This document shows, in pieces, positions 1 to 12,709 of a stretch of DNA of 64,000 nt (positions within the stretch are counted from its first letter, which is position 1; each line of letters opens with the position of its first letter). A program made the translations under genes and the position numbers. The notes under the pieces are model-generated. The model was not told the origin of the DNA. It ran no database searches and saw only the letters and a program-made list of their open reading frames with translations. This stretch comes from Eledone cirrhosa (lineage: Eukaryota), in contig OZ024742.1 of NCBI GenBank assembly GCA_964016885.1, positions 19,344,001 through 19,408,000 on the forward strand, in the 5' to 3' direction.

Positions 1-2268
1 CCCACCATACCATGAAAAGGTTGACAACATCACCAGCTATGCTGACGCCAATGGCTGCTCCCTCATTTTGGGTGTAGATCTTCTCGTTGAACTTGAATAT
101 GTGGCCCTTTAGGGTAGTTTTGATACTAGCCCCTATTGCATGTGCGACCATTTTTCTTACCTGATCATTGTTTTGGGGGGTCCGTATAGCTTTGGTCCAC
201 CCAATCCACCTTCCCATGGGAGTCTTTTTTGCCATTGAGGTTATGGTGGGGGGGGGGGGGGTCTACCTCTTATGGGTCTACTAGGGCAGAAACGTCTAAG
301 GTCATGGCTGTCTAGGTAGTCAGTGTCGTAGGTAAGTCTAAGTAGGAGGCCCAGTTTGTCTGTGTCGACGTCGCAGAACTCCACCTCACTCTCAATGATC
401 ATCTCCACACATTTTTCCACAGCAAAATCAATGTTAATGGATGGGTACAGTGATACCACATCCATGCTGCCTATTATGCAGTTGGATAGGTTCCTGTTTT
501 TGTTGCACTCACTGATTCTGCTGAGGAGGTCCTCTCTACTGTCACATACATCTGGGGACATCTTGATTATGGGGCGTATAACCATTGAGAGGAAGTAGGA
601 GATCCTGTAGTTGCTAGCTATATTAGCTCCGCATACGGGTCTTGTTGGTGGTCCTGTTGTCGGGTCGTCGACTGTCTTGTGGTCTTTGCGGAGCCCATAC
701 AAGGGTGGTATGACATTGTTAGACGCCTGGAAGTTGTTGGCAGTGCGTCTGCTTGGCTTTAGGATGTCAGTCCACATCATCATGTGAGCGTTGAGGATTT
801 TCTCTCTCCCATCATGTGTTTGCTGTGCAATTTCGCTCGTGTTGGTGATGTGGGGTTGCATAGCCTTGATGTAGTTCGGCATGCTATCTATTGACATCCA
901 ACCAGACTTATCCGTGGGTAGACATACTACCTCACCATCCCTTGTGCGCTGCTTGAGGCTAACCAAGCCTTCTACAGGTTTCCTCCCAAGTTGTTGAGCC
1001 TCTGGTCTGCTCTGTCTCTTAGTATACCGGTCTACTATTTGTCTAATCTTATTTCTAGCTATGGTGAACTGTGCCTCTGTTTCGTCATCTATTTGTTGTG
1101 GTATGCAAACTCTTTTATTAAAGAGTAACCTCGTAGGATAGATATTACCCATCTTATATGTTTTGTCAGCTGGGTTGAAAAATAGTTTCTCTAAGGGGTT
1201 GTCATTATATCTATCGTCATAGTTGTGTGTGTTGCTATTATTGTTATCATGGTGGTTGTTGTTGTTCCTATCATTAGCATTATTATTATTGTTATGATTG
1301 CTAGATGTATTGTTGTTTACTTCACCGTTATTGTTGTTGTTACTGTTATTTCTACCATTGTGGTTGTTACTTTTATTATGTTTCTTGTTTTTGTTGTGCC
1401 TATCATTAATGTTGCTGCATGTATTATTTCCATTATTACCACTGTGGTTATTGTTGTTGTTGTTCGTATTGTTACCGTTATTACTACTGTGGTCGCTGCT
1501 GCTGTGTCTGTGGTTAATGTTTCTATTATTATTATTATTGTGGTTGTTGTTGTTGTTCTGTCTATCGTTAGTATTATTACCATTATTACTATTTCTCACT
1601 CTCCTGCTATTGTTATTGTTATGGCTGTTATTTCTATACTCAGAGTTATTGTTTATATTACTACTACCGTTATTATTGTTGTTGTTGTTTACTTTTGCAT
1701 TCCAACGTATTTTTGTGAAACACTTTTCCAGCTCCGTTTTGCACTCCATAGGGTTAATCTTTTTGTAGATGGCAAATTTGGGTGGTAGCTGCAGGATTTG
1801 TTGTTCTTGTTCACTGATTAAAGTGTTCCCATAAATATTTACTGTGTGGTCATTGGTAAATTCTTCCGGTAGTTTTACATCAGTCATACGGATATTGTTG
1901 ATGTTACCTGGGTATTTTTGAGAATATTCTATTTTCCTTTCTTGTAGTTTTTTCTTATTCATCCATTCTATTTTCTTATTGAAATGCCTATTGCATTCGT
2001 TTCGGGCGTATTTCGTTTCACGTCGGATGACGCTTATGAAGTCATCCCTCTCGTTTGGTGTGGTGAGATTTTGGACTTCCTTACCGTTAATGCGTTTCTG
2101 TCTGTAAAGTTCGTTGATTTTTGTGTAAGTTGTTCTTTTCATATTAACTGATATTGTGTGTTTTAGTCGTTCAGCTTGTGTTTTGTTCAATAATAAATTA
2201 TTTACTTGTTTTGATATGTTTGTTGTGTATATTTTAAGAAGCGGATTTGTTCTGTTGTTATTGTAGTT
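1..2268 (-). mobile_element. Penelope-like retroelement copy 1 (N-terminal domain, Asn-rich insert, RT 5' half); runs off the window start
   Basis: ORF 241..2328 shares LPPKFA..KIRW, PTDKSG, LYGLRKDHK, RPVCGA and SMDVVSLYPSI motifs with ORF 35373..38627. Bases 1-1857 align by eye to 36589-38432. A 14-G run at 248-261 (6 G in copy 2) shifts the frame. Confidence 0.93.
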
Positions 2269-2348
2269 ATATATATATATAGAGAGAGAGAGAGATTGTC
2301 TGCTGTACTGGGATCGGGAAGACCACAAATCAGAGAAGTATTCGATAC

Positions 2349-2431
<83 letters not shown>

Positions 2432-2436
<5 letters not shown>

Positions 2437-2650
2437 GTCCCTCGGTTCCAGCGTCGAGTGTTCCAGTTGTTCGAATAACAAAACATTCTCGTGAAATTAA
2501 CAAGCAAGTGACTGAGCATACCACAAACGTGCATGTCCTTAACGTAATTCTCAGGCAGTTTCACTGTGACACACTGTATGGCAAGTTTCTTTGAATCACA
2601 TGTACAACTTATTATTGCTATCTTAGTGGACTGGAGCAACGTGAAATATG
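2432..2650 (-). mobile_element. 3' part of CORE-like tRNA SINE family (degenerate)
   Basis: Ends in gtggactggagcaacgtgaaata, the segment found in the fuller copies at 39421-39557 and 60460-60646. Confidence 0.5.
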
Positions 2651-2675
2651 TATATCTGTGTGTGCCTTTGTTTGC

Positions 2676-2789
<114 letters not shown>

Positions 2790-2999
2790 TTTTCTGGTTT
2801 TATAATTTCACAAATGTTTGCCAATAGCGAGAGAGTCGGTTTCTAACATAGACACAAGACTCTCTCATTGGAATTTACACATCAACAACTAGGTAGATAT
2901 GTATGTATGTCTGCATGCATGCATGTGTAGATATGGATGTTATTGTATGTGTGGATGTGGATGTTTTGAGTTGTATCTGTACATGTGTATATACAGTTA

Positions 3000-3506
3000 T
3001 TAGATGCAACATTTTTGGAATGTTTTACATGTTTTTACTGTTCCATTAATGGATTGTACTTGTAATTTCCTAACTAGTTGTGTTCTTTCTGTTCCTGTGA
3101 AGCCCAGCTTCTCAAGATTTGTATTGAGGCAGTTACTAACATACCCCAGTGCCCCAGTAATTACAGGCATAAATCTGAAGGTGTAATCAGGGTGGAGTAT
3201 CTGCAGATTTCTCATTAGTTCTGCATAAATATTCTCCTTTTCGCTAATCTTTGATATTATATTGGCATCTGCTGGACAGTTAATTTCCACTACTGTGCAT
3301 GCCTTCTTTTCCCTGTTCCATATCATTATAACTGGTCTGTTATGCCTGCATTTTATTGGGGTTTTTAATGGAACATTCCTCCAGTACTCTTTTATATTAT
3401 GTATATGTATGTCTTCCACATTGCTGCAGCTTTTAATATGTTTATCATCGGGGCTATCTTTTCTACGGATTGCATTATACAGTGTTTTGGCCACTACATC
3501 ATGGCT
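3000..3506 (-). pseudogene. Restriction-like endonuclease (RLE) 3' fragment of an R4/Dong-type non-LTR retrotransposon
   Basis: HDVVAKTLY..NRPVIMIWNREKKACTVVEINCPADANI..K..EKENIY..L..PVITGALG matches the RHD..PD..(D/E)..K..KY..GALG layout. The catalytic PD reads PV. Confidence 0.75.
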
Positions 3507-3619
3507 GTATGTATGTATGTATTTTGTATGTATAGACGCTGAATTTGGTGTATTTAGAAAGGCGGATAGAATGTTTCCTGATATTCGATCTGCCTCTCTG
3601 TGCTCTTTGTTCGAGATCA

Positions 3620-3810
3620 CCCGAGCTGAACTTTGTCTCTCTTTCGGAGTCGATAAAATAAAATATCAGTCAAATACTGGGTCGATTCTTCCTTTATATC
3701 TCATTCTCACTTCTCTCTCATTCTCTCATCTTCTGTGGAAGAAATCGCCTGTTATCCGACATAAAGAGGGGAACTAAGCTCCGCCAGGCTTAAAATGACC
3801 AAGTCACTCC
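3620..3810 (+). mobile_element. tRNA-derived SINE, long form (central domain + CT-rich tract + 3' extension), degenerate
   Basis: gtcgataaaataaaatatcagt core, followed by tggaagaaatcgcctg as at 14122 and 63716. Confidence 0.6.
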
Positions 3811-3848
3811 ATGTCTATGTATTTGTGTGTGCGTGTATGTATGTATGA

Positions 3849-3920
<72 letters not shown>

Positions 3921-3924
<4 letters not shown>

Positions 3925-4104
3925 AATTGTAGGTAGTATGCCAAAATTAGCACTCAGTATTCATACAGAGTAGAGTGTGGATAGTATAGAAAAACGAAAA
4001 ATCAGTGATGCATCTGGACTCAGTTTATTGCGTGTTACATTGTAACAATTGTAGCACGCAATAAGCTGAGTCCAGATGCATCACTGATTTTTCGTTTTTT
4101 TATA

Positions 4105-4107
<3 letters not shown>
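3921..4107. mobile_element. PLE-type fold-back element A
   Basis: Inverted arms 3981-4039 and 4049-4107. The turn contains AACAATTGTA (hammerhead GAAAC-AATT-GTA remnant). Unpaired tail 3921-3980. Flanked by (TG)n and (TA)n. Confidence 0.7.
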
Positions 4108-4142
<35 letters not shown>

Positions 4143-4148
4143 GTGTGT

Positions 4149-4385
4149 AATTCCGAAGAAAATGCAAAGGAAAAAAGTGTGCTCTATGTATAGAACAGAG
4201 CTATTTAATTAGAAAGTGAACAACACAATATATAACAACTACTCCATTACCAAAGGTTTCAGGACTCTAGACAATATTAATATACGTCTGGATCGTTCAT
4301 CTGATGAACGATCCAGACGTATCTTAATATTGTCTAGAGTCCTGAAACCTTTGGTAATGGAGTAGTTGTATATTGTGTTGTTCAC

Positions 4386-4393
<8 letters not shown>
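4149..4393. mobile_element. PLE-type fold-back element B with hammerhead at the turn
   Basis: Arms 4208-4300 and 4304-4393 centred on cat-ctg-atg. Tail 4149-4207. Confidence 0.75.
4296..4361 (+). ncRNA. Hammerhead ribozyme (type I)
   Basis: ttcat CTGATGA [stem II ccagac/gtctag] GAAA cc-ttt-g GTA atgga. Core boxes, stem III and stem I can all form. Confidence 0.65.
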
Positions 4394-4423
<30 letters not shown>

Positions 4424-4452
4424 TAAAATATAGTCTTGAAATTTATTATTAT

Positions 4453-4545
<93 letters not shown>

Positions 4546-4884
4546 CGTATATGTATGTACACCTTTTCTTTGTTGGATATACACGTTGTGTTGTCTTTAA
4601 TATGATTTCTATAAACGTTCAAAGAAACTTGTCATTAGCCATAGGTAGAACCTACTTGATAATTCTAAATCCAGAATCTAAACCTACTTAACCTTCGTTC
4701 TATTATTTCAATTGCTTGATTTTCAGATTCATTTCATCCAAGATTAGCAATATACTGTAACCATTTTGATACCAACACACCCCAAAGCGCAGCATTTTCT
4801 ATGAAATAAAACCACACACATTAAAGAGCCCCTACTTAAGACCTTCCAACATAATTTTATCAAAGAATAGTTTGTTTCAAATAC

Positions 4885-5236
4885 CATCTTAATGAAAGGT
4901 CCCTGGGTCTCCTGCCGGTTGGTTTTTCCCGCACAATCTGTCCAGCGATTCTTTCCCGGGACATTCTAACTATATGCCCATAGTATGGGAGCTGTGATCT
5001 CTCAATTCGGAGAAATAGTGGCTCTACCTGGAGTGACTTTCTGATCTCCGAGCTACGCACTCTATTGAGTAACGTCACTCTAAAGACCCTTTGGAAGAAC
5101 CTCATTTCGGCCGCTTGTATTCGCAGTGATGCGCCAGCTTCAGCATTCAGTAATCAGAAGAACGGAGATAGGAGTAAAAGCCAAACTCGTTATCTTCTAT
5201 TTGGTCATGAAACTTTGGTAATGACCAAAAGAAAAC
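4885..5236 (-). pseudogene. RTE-clade LINE 3' fragment with an inverted 5' piece
   Basis: LRIQAAEMRFFQRVFRVTLLNRVRSSEIRKSLQVEPLFLRIERSQL.YYGHIVRM..GRRPR on minus. Its upstream neighbour LLFGHETLVMTKR lies on plus at about 5190-5235. Confidence 0.8.
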
Positions 5237-5249
5237 ATTTGATAATTGC

Positions 5250-5430
5250 TTGGCAATCGGTAGAGGGTCGGACGTCATGCTTTGCAGCATTGAGTTACGG
5301 CCCTTTATGTATGAGTTCAAATCCCGCCGAGGTCAACTTTGCCTTACATCCTTACGGGGTCGATAAAATAAAGTACCAGTAATGTACTGGGTAATTGATG
5401 GCCTTGTGCCAAAAGTAGAAACAATTAATT
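5250..5430 (+). mobile_element. tRNA-derived SINE (main family)
   Basis: A-box-like tggcaatcggtagag, B-box-like gagttcaaatccc, central gccgaggtcaactttgccttacatccttacggggtcgataaaataaagtaccag, tail ggccttgtgccaaaagtagaaacaatt. Confidence 0.9.
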
Positions 5431-6589
5431 AAGCATAATACGTAATGTTACCAACATTAATAGACTATATCATTCTATATGCATGCAGGCACGTGAGCCT
5501 TTATGTATGTACTCGCACGCACACTCATATTTCACTGGTAAAATATTTGTTCTTTATATCTTAACAGCTCCAACAAATATATATATTTGTGTTTATATTT
5601 AATATATATATGTGTGTGTATTGTGTGTGTCAACACATACACACATATGTATATATATAAATGTGTGTTTGTCTGTGTGTGGGGGCGCGGGTGTATATAT
5701 ATATATATATATATATGCATAGAGATAAGTGTACGTATGTATGTGTACATACACCTTTCCTTTGTTGTATCTTCAAATACAAATAGACAAATACGTCTAT
5801 CATTTACGATGTTTGTATAGAAAAACATCAATGGATGTTATTATTAGCCGTGGGTAAAAGCCACTTGATAATTCTATGTCCACAATCTCAAGTTTGCTTA
5901 CCCTTGATGCTATTAATTCCTTTATATTGCCCACGGGTTGCCAAGTATTTGACTTTGATATTCTCAACTTATCTCATCATATGTCATCCCATCCAAGATC
6001 AGCAATATGTTTTGACAATGGAATTAAGGAAGACGATATTATTCCAAGCCATCTGACTAGACCGTATGTCACAGACTTATTCTTTCTTCAGACACATCAA
6101 CAAGAAAAATAATATAAGATAAATATATTAAAGGAATGAGGAAATTACTTTGTTTTTATATCAAAAGAATGTCCTGGAGAATACTAAATGTGGGCGTCGG
6201 TGTTTTTGTTTTTACCAGAAATGTGTTGAAAGGCGATCGTTGTGATCTCCCAGATGTCTATCTTTGCAATTCTGCCGATGGGAAACTATTTCCGAATATG
6301 GAAAAAATATGTTTGTGTTTTGAAATGATAGCATTAGATGTTGGCGTTGATGTTCTTGTGCAACACAAACTTAAGCACACTAGAGAACGAAATGGAGATT
6401 TGTGTTAATTTTAAATGCCTATGTTCTAAGCTTTCATAATGTTGATAATGTATGTTATTAAAATATTAGACAGATATTTCTTATGAAAATACATACACAC
6501 AGCTTCTGAACTGTGTACAAGTCGTTGATTTTGTCTCTTAAAGATTGAGCCAGGAATATAGTTGACTGTGGGTCTATCAAAGCTGGTAA

Positions 6590-6800
6590 TCGTTTTGCTT
6601 TTTCCCTCATTTTCTTTTCATTTACGGCATTTATAGTCCTTTACTTTACTTTCCTCTACAGCCAGATACCCCCTTCTTTACCCATTCCCTCCTCTTTTCA
6701 TTACTTAATTTTCTTTTCATATTTCCATTATTGTACAACTTCTATTTTGTAAAATATAGTTGACATAATATGTTTATGTTTAATTGATTAAATAAAAAAT
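6590..6800 (+). repeat. Old dispersed repeat 3' segment ending in aataaaaaaa (possible LINE 3' UTR)
   Basis: actttcct..cagccagat..tttccattattgtacaacttct..ttgtaaaatatagttgacataa recurs at about 43635-43775 and partly at 41460-41520. Confidence 0.5.
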
Positions 6801-7035
6801 ATGTCCTGTATATAGATATTAAACACAACTGGTTCAAATGCGTGAGTGTGTATATGTGTGTATAAGTGAGTGTATATGTTTATTAATGTGTGTGTATGTG
6901 TTATTGTGTATATGTCAATCGGTACACAGACCTCGTTAGAAATGCCAAGTTATCAAATTTCTGTTGTTTTAGATTTTCTGGTGTGTTTTTTTTTTTATTT
7001 TTATACATTCTTTCTGTTGTTGACTTTACTGTACC

Positions 7036-7102
<67 letters not shown>

Positions 7103-7128
7103 TGTGTATATGAATTTGTATATGTATG

Positions 7129-7164
<36 letters not shown>

Positions 7165-7168
7165 TATT

Positions 7169-7240
7169 GGTTTTAATATAGAAGAGTTTCTTATTGAGTA
7201 CCTTACTTACTGTGGTTACCTCCGACTCAACCCGGAATAA

Positions 7241-7243
<3 letters not shown>
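7169..7243 (+). mobile_element. Solo tail of Naiad-type PLE terminal repeat, with a short inverted piece
   Basis: ttgagtaccttacttactgtggttacctccgactcaacccggaataac matches 61427-61474. It is preceded by inverted ttttaatatag and sits inside (TA)n. Confidence 0.75.
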
Positions 7244-7278
<35 letters not shown>

Positions 7279-7417
7279 TACGTATACATACATATACAAA
7301 TTCATATACACAGACATATGCACGCACACACACACATATATATACTGTGTGTGTATTTGTGTATGTGAGTATATATATATATATATATATGACATTGTTG
7401 ACATTCTTTCATTTCAG

Positions 7418-7475
7418 GATTGATACCATGCTGTTGTATATCACCTGTATCTGGCTTATATCACTTTCTGCTCAG
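7418..7475 (+). CDS. Candidate host exon encoding a signal-peptide-like start, MLLYITCIWLISLSAQ
   Basis: Acceptor ttctttcatttcag, accATG at 7428, 16 mostly hydrophobic codons, donor cag|gtaact. Sequence is unique within the window. Confidence 0.4.
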
Positions 7476-7714
7476 GTAACTTGATCTTTGTTTTCTTATA
7501 ATCTTTTATATCTTCATTGCTATTTCTATATTCTCAAGTATCACCTCGATATTTCCTCTTAAACTATCTTCTGACACTCGAAAAAATTAATTAATACTGT
7601 GAGACTTTGCTGTTCTGACTTGACTTCATATCAAACTAGAAGACAACCAATATTGATAGATTTTTAATTATTCAAATCCCATCGATGTCAACATTGCCTT
7701 TCTTCCGTTGATGA

Positions 7715-8180
7715 AATAAAATGCCAGCTCTTACCTATGGTCTTGAATATTGGGTAATAACCGAAAGAATAAGATTGCGAATACCAGCAGCCAAAATGGG
7801 GTTCCTCCGAAGGGCTTTGGATTAACGTTACTGGATAGAGTGCGTAGCTCGGAGATGAGAGAGTCACTCTAGGTAGAGCCGCTACTTCTCCGAATTGAGA
7901 TATCACAGTTCTGATATTATGGGCATATCATTAGAATGTCTCAAGGAAGAATCGCGGGACAGAGTTTGCAGGAAAAACCAACTGGCAGGAGACCCAAAGG
8001 TAGACCCCGAGCAAGATGGTTGGATAACATACATGAGCTTGACTGGTCTCGCTTGGGGATCCAGCTGGATCAGTTGGAGACGGTTGCTTCTGATAGGACC
8101 CGCTGGAAGGAATGTTTGAGGACTCTGCCCCCACGACCCTTTCAGGAATGTGGCGAAGAAGAAGAAGAAGAAGAAGAAGC
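7715..8180 (+). mobile_element. 5'-truncated RTE-clade (Expander/Rex3-like) LINE with (GAA)n tail
   Basis: PALTYG..WVITERIRLRIPAAKMGFLRR and KPTGRRPKGRPRARWLDNI..LGI..DRTRWK..LPPRP, followed by a (gaa)n tail. Confidence 0.85.
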
Positions 8181-8569
8181 AGAAATGTTCTTCCTCGAAA
8201 TTATTGGCCATGTCGCAATGTTAGAAAGAATTTGTTCGCCTAATGGACGCACTGCCCCCCTCCCCCCAAAAAAAAATATATTTTAAAAGTCTTCTCTGCA
8301 TCTAATACGCCCGTATCACTGTTGTGAGGCCGAACGGGTTGTGGGGACAATCATAGTCAAATAATTCTGTTTATATTACTATTAGTATTACTAATACGGT
8401 AATGAAATACAATTTATAGGAGTTTCTAGAAAAAAAAGAAAGAAATTATTTTTAATAAATTTATGAAGAAATGAACTAAAAATTCTTTTTTTCTCAAAAT
8501 GTCACTATATACCCATGGGGCGTCCTATATGAAGGACGGTCCAATAGGCCAGCAAATGTGGTCATTCTT

Positions 8570-8730
8570 TCTAACATTGCCACAGCCAGTAATTTCGGGG
8601 AAAGTCGATTATATCGATCGCAGTATTTTACTGGTAATTTATTTTATCGCCACTCGGAAGGATGAAAGGCAAAGTTGAACTTCGTAGGATTTGAACTCAG
8701 AACGTAGAAAGACCTAATTAATACCGCAAA
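8570..8730 (-). mobile_element. tRNA-derived SINE (main family), degenerate
   Basis: ctggtaatttattttatcg..ggatgaaaggcaaagttg..ggatttgaactcag is the reverse complement of the core. Confidence 0.75.
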
Positions 8731-8889
8731 GCATTATCATCCTTTCTATATCGATAACATAAAAAGCCAGTTATTTACTAGGGTCGATTAAATTGACAAA
8801 GGACACTCCTTAGATTTTTGGTATTGTGTCTATGTATAAAAGTAGACAGATATATCATTATATATAGAAGAGATACTCTACAGCTAGTG

Positions 8890-9660
8890 TTGACCTTAGA
8901 CAGTTAGCAGTGTCCAGATATAGTTAGGTGTATCTTGATATAGTTTGGAGAGCCATTAAATAGTTACATGTGTCATTAAATATTTTGAGGTGTCATTAAA
9001 TAGTTAGGTGTATCCTTAAATAGTTGGAGGTGCCCAGATATAGAAGGAGGTGTCATTCTATAGTTAAAGGTGTCCTTGTATACAGTAGTTAAAGGTGTCA
9101 TTCTATAGTTAAAGGTGTCCTGGTGTAGTTAGGGCTCTCTTTAAATAGTTAGAGCTGTCCAGATATAGTTAGAGGTGTCCTTAAATAGTCAGAGGTACCA
9201 TTATATAGTTTGTGGATTGGCAGTATCGGTAGAGAGTCGGACACCATGCTTTGAAGCATAGAGTTACGTCCCTTTATGATCTGAGTTCAAATCCCGCTGA
9301 GGTTAACTTTGCCTTTCATCCTTACGGGGTCGATAAAATAAAGTACCTGTAATGCACTGGGTAATTGCTGGCCTTGTGCCTAAAATAGAAACAATTATAT
9401 AGTTTGGGGTGTCCTTAAATAATTAGAAGAGTCCAGAAATAGTTAGGTGTATCCTTAGTTGGAGGTGTCCAGATATAGAAAGAGGTGTCATTCTATAGTT
9501 AAAGGTGTCCTGATATAGTTAGGGATGTATTTAAATAGTTAGAGCTGTCCTGATATAGTTAGTTATCATGTAGATAGGTAGGTAAATGTGTTACAATATA
9601 GAAATGTCATTAGAGTGATGCCTCTATATAGTGAGATGTGTCGTTATATAGGTGGAGGAA
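8890..9660. repeat. About 21-bp degenerate minisatellite (atagttagaggtgtccttaa-like), interrupted by a SINE
   Basis: Repeated atagtt..ggtgtc units. SINE 9213-9397 is flanked by duplicated attatatagtttg. Confidence 0.8.
9213..9397 (+). mobile_element. tRNA-derived SINE (main family) with TSD
   Basis: Full head/core/tail. attatatagtttg occurs on both sides. Confidence 0.9.
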
Positions 9661-9664
9661 GAGG

Positions 9665-9881
9665 GGTGGATTGGCAGAATCAGTAGGGCGTCGGACAACA
9701 TGCTTTGCAGCATAGAGTTACGGCTCTTTACGTTCCAAGTTCAACTCCCGCCGAGGTTAGCTTTGCCTTTCATCCTTACTGGGTCGATAAAATAAAGTTC
9801 CTGTAACACATTGGGGGTCAATTTAATCGACTTTCCCGTCCCCTTCAAATTGCTGGCCTTGTGCAAAATATAGACACAATC
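9665..9881 (+). mobile_element. tRNA-derived SINE (main family)
   Basis: ggtggattggcagaatcagtagggcgtcgg head, core and ggccttgtgc tail. Confidence 0.88.
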
Positions 9882-10029
9882 ATATAGTTAGAAGTGTTGT
9901 ATAGATTTGTGGTTATATTGATAGGCGTGTCATCAAATTCAGATATGACTGAATAGATATATATCACTATATAGACGTGTCATAATATAGACAGAAGTGT
10001 CATAATATATACTGTATAGACAGATATCA

Positions 10030-10543
10030 AATAAAGTATGAATTCCTACATGTAAAAAATAGATATAGGGAAACAAGTATTATCCAACCGTATGCCAATG
10101 TTGTTCTATGGCGGGTTAATAAATTAACAAGCCAGAACATATAAAATCAAGGTCTAGCAAATAGAGAAAATGTTTTAAAATAAATTTTAAAAAATTCGCA
10201 GTACTTACTATATGTGCCTTTACCGCGGTTTCATGCTCCAGAATAAACGGAAAATCCAAGCGGATTTCCATTGAGAATGGAGCAATCTTTAGAGGGCTCT
10301 TCTCCCTCGGAGAATATAAAATTCCCGAGTTCAAATCACAAACTGAGCCATACAAAACCATTCCGAAATGAGAGCGAATGATGAAAGAAATAATTCTGTC
10401 TGGTGTCGTGTGCAAAGACAAACAGCATGGTGGACAGTCAATGTCCTGCCACTAGAAATAGCAGCAGTCCAAACGGCGGTAAAGGCACATATAGTAAGTA
10501 CTGCGAATTTTTTAAAATTTATTTTAAAACGTTTTCTCTATTA
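10030..10543 (-). mobile_element. PLE-type fold-back element C
   Basis: Arms about 10160-10232 and 10471-10542. Minus-strand hammerhead gccct CTAAAGA ttgctcca..tggagcat GAAAC cgcg GTA aaggc. The inverted arm starts at AAACggcgGTA. Confidence 0.75.
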
Positions 10544-10617
10544 TATATATATATATATACAGATGTGTCATAATATAGACAGAAGTGTCATAATATATAC
10601 TGTATAGACAGATATGG

Positions 10618-10650
<33 letters not shown>

Positions 10651-10677
10651 TGTGTCATAATATAGACAGAACTGTCA

Positions 10678-10977
10678 TCTATATATATAAAACCGAGGAT
10701 GTCTGTCTGTGTGTGTGTGAGTTTGAATCTCTAAAACTCGAGAACCACCCAACCGACTGTTTTCAAACTTTACACATGTAATACTTGTTTCAGGGAGTGT
10801 TCTGAGCAAAATGAATTTCAAATTTTCAATGCACTAGGGACTGCATTAGGCGATTTAGCGATCTCTCTCTATAATTATTAGTCTTTCTCTTTTTAGATAG
10901 ATACATACATATAACGTCGCGCCCTTATAATATCTGTCTGTATGTCTGGCTGTCTGCATTACGTCACTTCCTTGAGG

Positions 10978-11025
<48 letters not shown>

Positions 11026-11603
11026 CCCTAACACTCGAGAAGTACCCAACCGATTTTTTTCAAACTTTACATGTGTATTACTTATGTTTCAGGAAGTGTT
11101 ATGCAATACAAATTCAACTTTTTGATCTCCTAGGGCCCGCATTAGGTGAAAAACTGCGTTTTTTCAGGTTTTTAGAGTTTTTTTTTTAGGCGTTACGTTA
11201 GACCGATTTCTTTGAAATTGTAACTATCAGTCAGTCTCTTCTTCATACCGCCAGCAAAGAAAATCCAACATTTTTATGGCCTAGAGCCCACATTAGGTGA
11301 AAAACTTCCAGCTTTTTAGGGCTTTTTGGAGGCGTTACGTCTAGCCAATTTTCCCGAAATTTCAAGGCATATTATGCACATAAAAAAAAATTCCTTTTCT
11401 TGATCCCCTAGGGCTCACATTAGGTGAAAACCTGCATTTTTCCTGCTTCATCGAGGAAAATCTTAAAAATTATCCAGCCATCAGAGTATTCGGTTCATTT
11501 TTTTTACATATTGTCCAGGCACGCAGTTTCTCCACGATTAGGTCTGTTGGCGGCCCGCCTTCCAAAATACCTTATCCCGTCCAACGCCGGGTACCACTGC
11601 TAG
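10678..11603 (+). mobile_element. Non-autonomous Helitron
   Basis: 5' TC(TATATATATAAAA), 3' GC-rich hairpin cccgtccaacgccggg and CTAG end, inserted at A|T. Removing it restores the satellite unit agacagaactgtca|taatata. Internal duplication of the 5' block and 4 ctaggg..cattagg repeats. Confidence 0.85.
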
Positions 11604-12709
11604 TAATATATATTATTTAGACAGATATCACTATATAGGCAGAAGTGTCATAATATAGACAGAACTGTCATAATATATAGTGTATAGACATATATCACTA
11701 TATAGACAGAAGTATCATGATATATATCATATAGACAGATATCACTATATAGATAGATGTGTCATAATATAGATTATATAGACAGATACTACTATATACA
11801 TAGATGTATCTTTATATAGACAGTGTCATAATATATATCATATAGACAGATATCACTATATATCTAGATGTGTCATAATATAGATAGATGTTATAATATA
11901 TATCATATAGACAGATATCACTATGCACACAGATGTATATTTATATAGACAGTGTCATAATATATATTATATAGACAGATATCACTATGCACACAGATGT
12001 ATATTTATATAGACAGTGTCATAATATATATTATATAGACAGATATCACTATATATATAGATGTATCTTTATATAGACAGTGTCATAATATATATTGTAT
12101 AGACAGATATCACTATGTACATAGATGTATCGTTACAGAGATAGAAGTGTCATGATATATATTATATAGACAGATATCACTATATACATAGATGTATCAT
12201 TATATAGACAGAAGTGTCATGATATATATTATACACATATATTACTATATGCATAGATGTATCGTTATATAGACAGATGTTTCATAATATATATCATATA
12301 GACAGATATTACGATATACATAGATGTATCATAATATAGATAGATGTGATATTGTTATACCGATAGAAGTGCAGTTATATAGGTACAGGTGTCGTGTCGT
12401 ATATATGGATGTATGGCACACTATAGATAGATATCACAATATCGAGAAAAGCGTTATATAGATACATCAATCGTTATTTAGAAAAAAAAATCATTATATG
12501 CAGATGGCGATGTGTTGGGATAGTTTATAGCTAGCATCTTACAGTGTTCTCATCAAACTAAATTTCTATTCACATCTAAAACAATTCTAGCAATTTCTCC
12601 TGAGTAGCTTCCCTTGCATTGAACATCGCGTAGTAAACATACATCTTGTTGATATTTTAATACAGTTTATAGTTTAGTTATAATAATGGCCACAAGTAGA
12701 AACGATTAT

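Larger units (their letters stand above)
9882..12500. repeat. Degenerate satellite (atatagacagaagtgtcata / atatagacagatatcact units) split by two insertions
   Basis: The same units occur at 9950-10028, 10558-10677 and 11604-12350. Confidence 0.8.

Noticed and set aside
241-262. Programmed frameshift at the poly-G run in PLE copy 1
   Set aside because: Copy 2 has 6 G and reads through, so this is slippage or a sequencing error.
1225-1788. Hydrophobic Val/Ile/Leu ORFs on plus (also 37806-38363)
   Set aside because: Antisense readings of the Asn-rich PLE tract.
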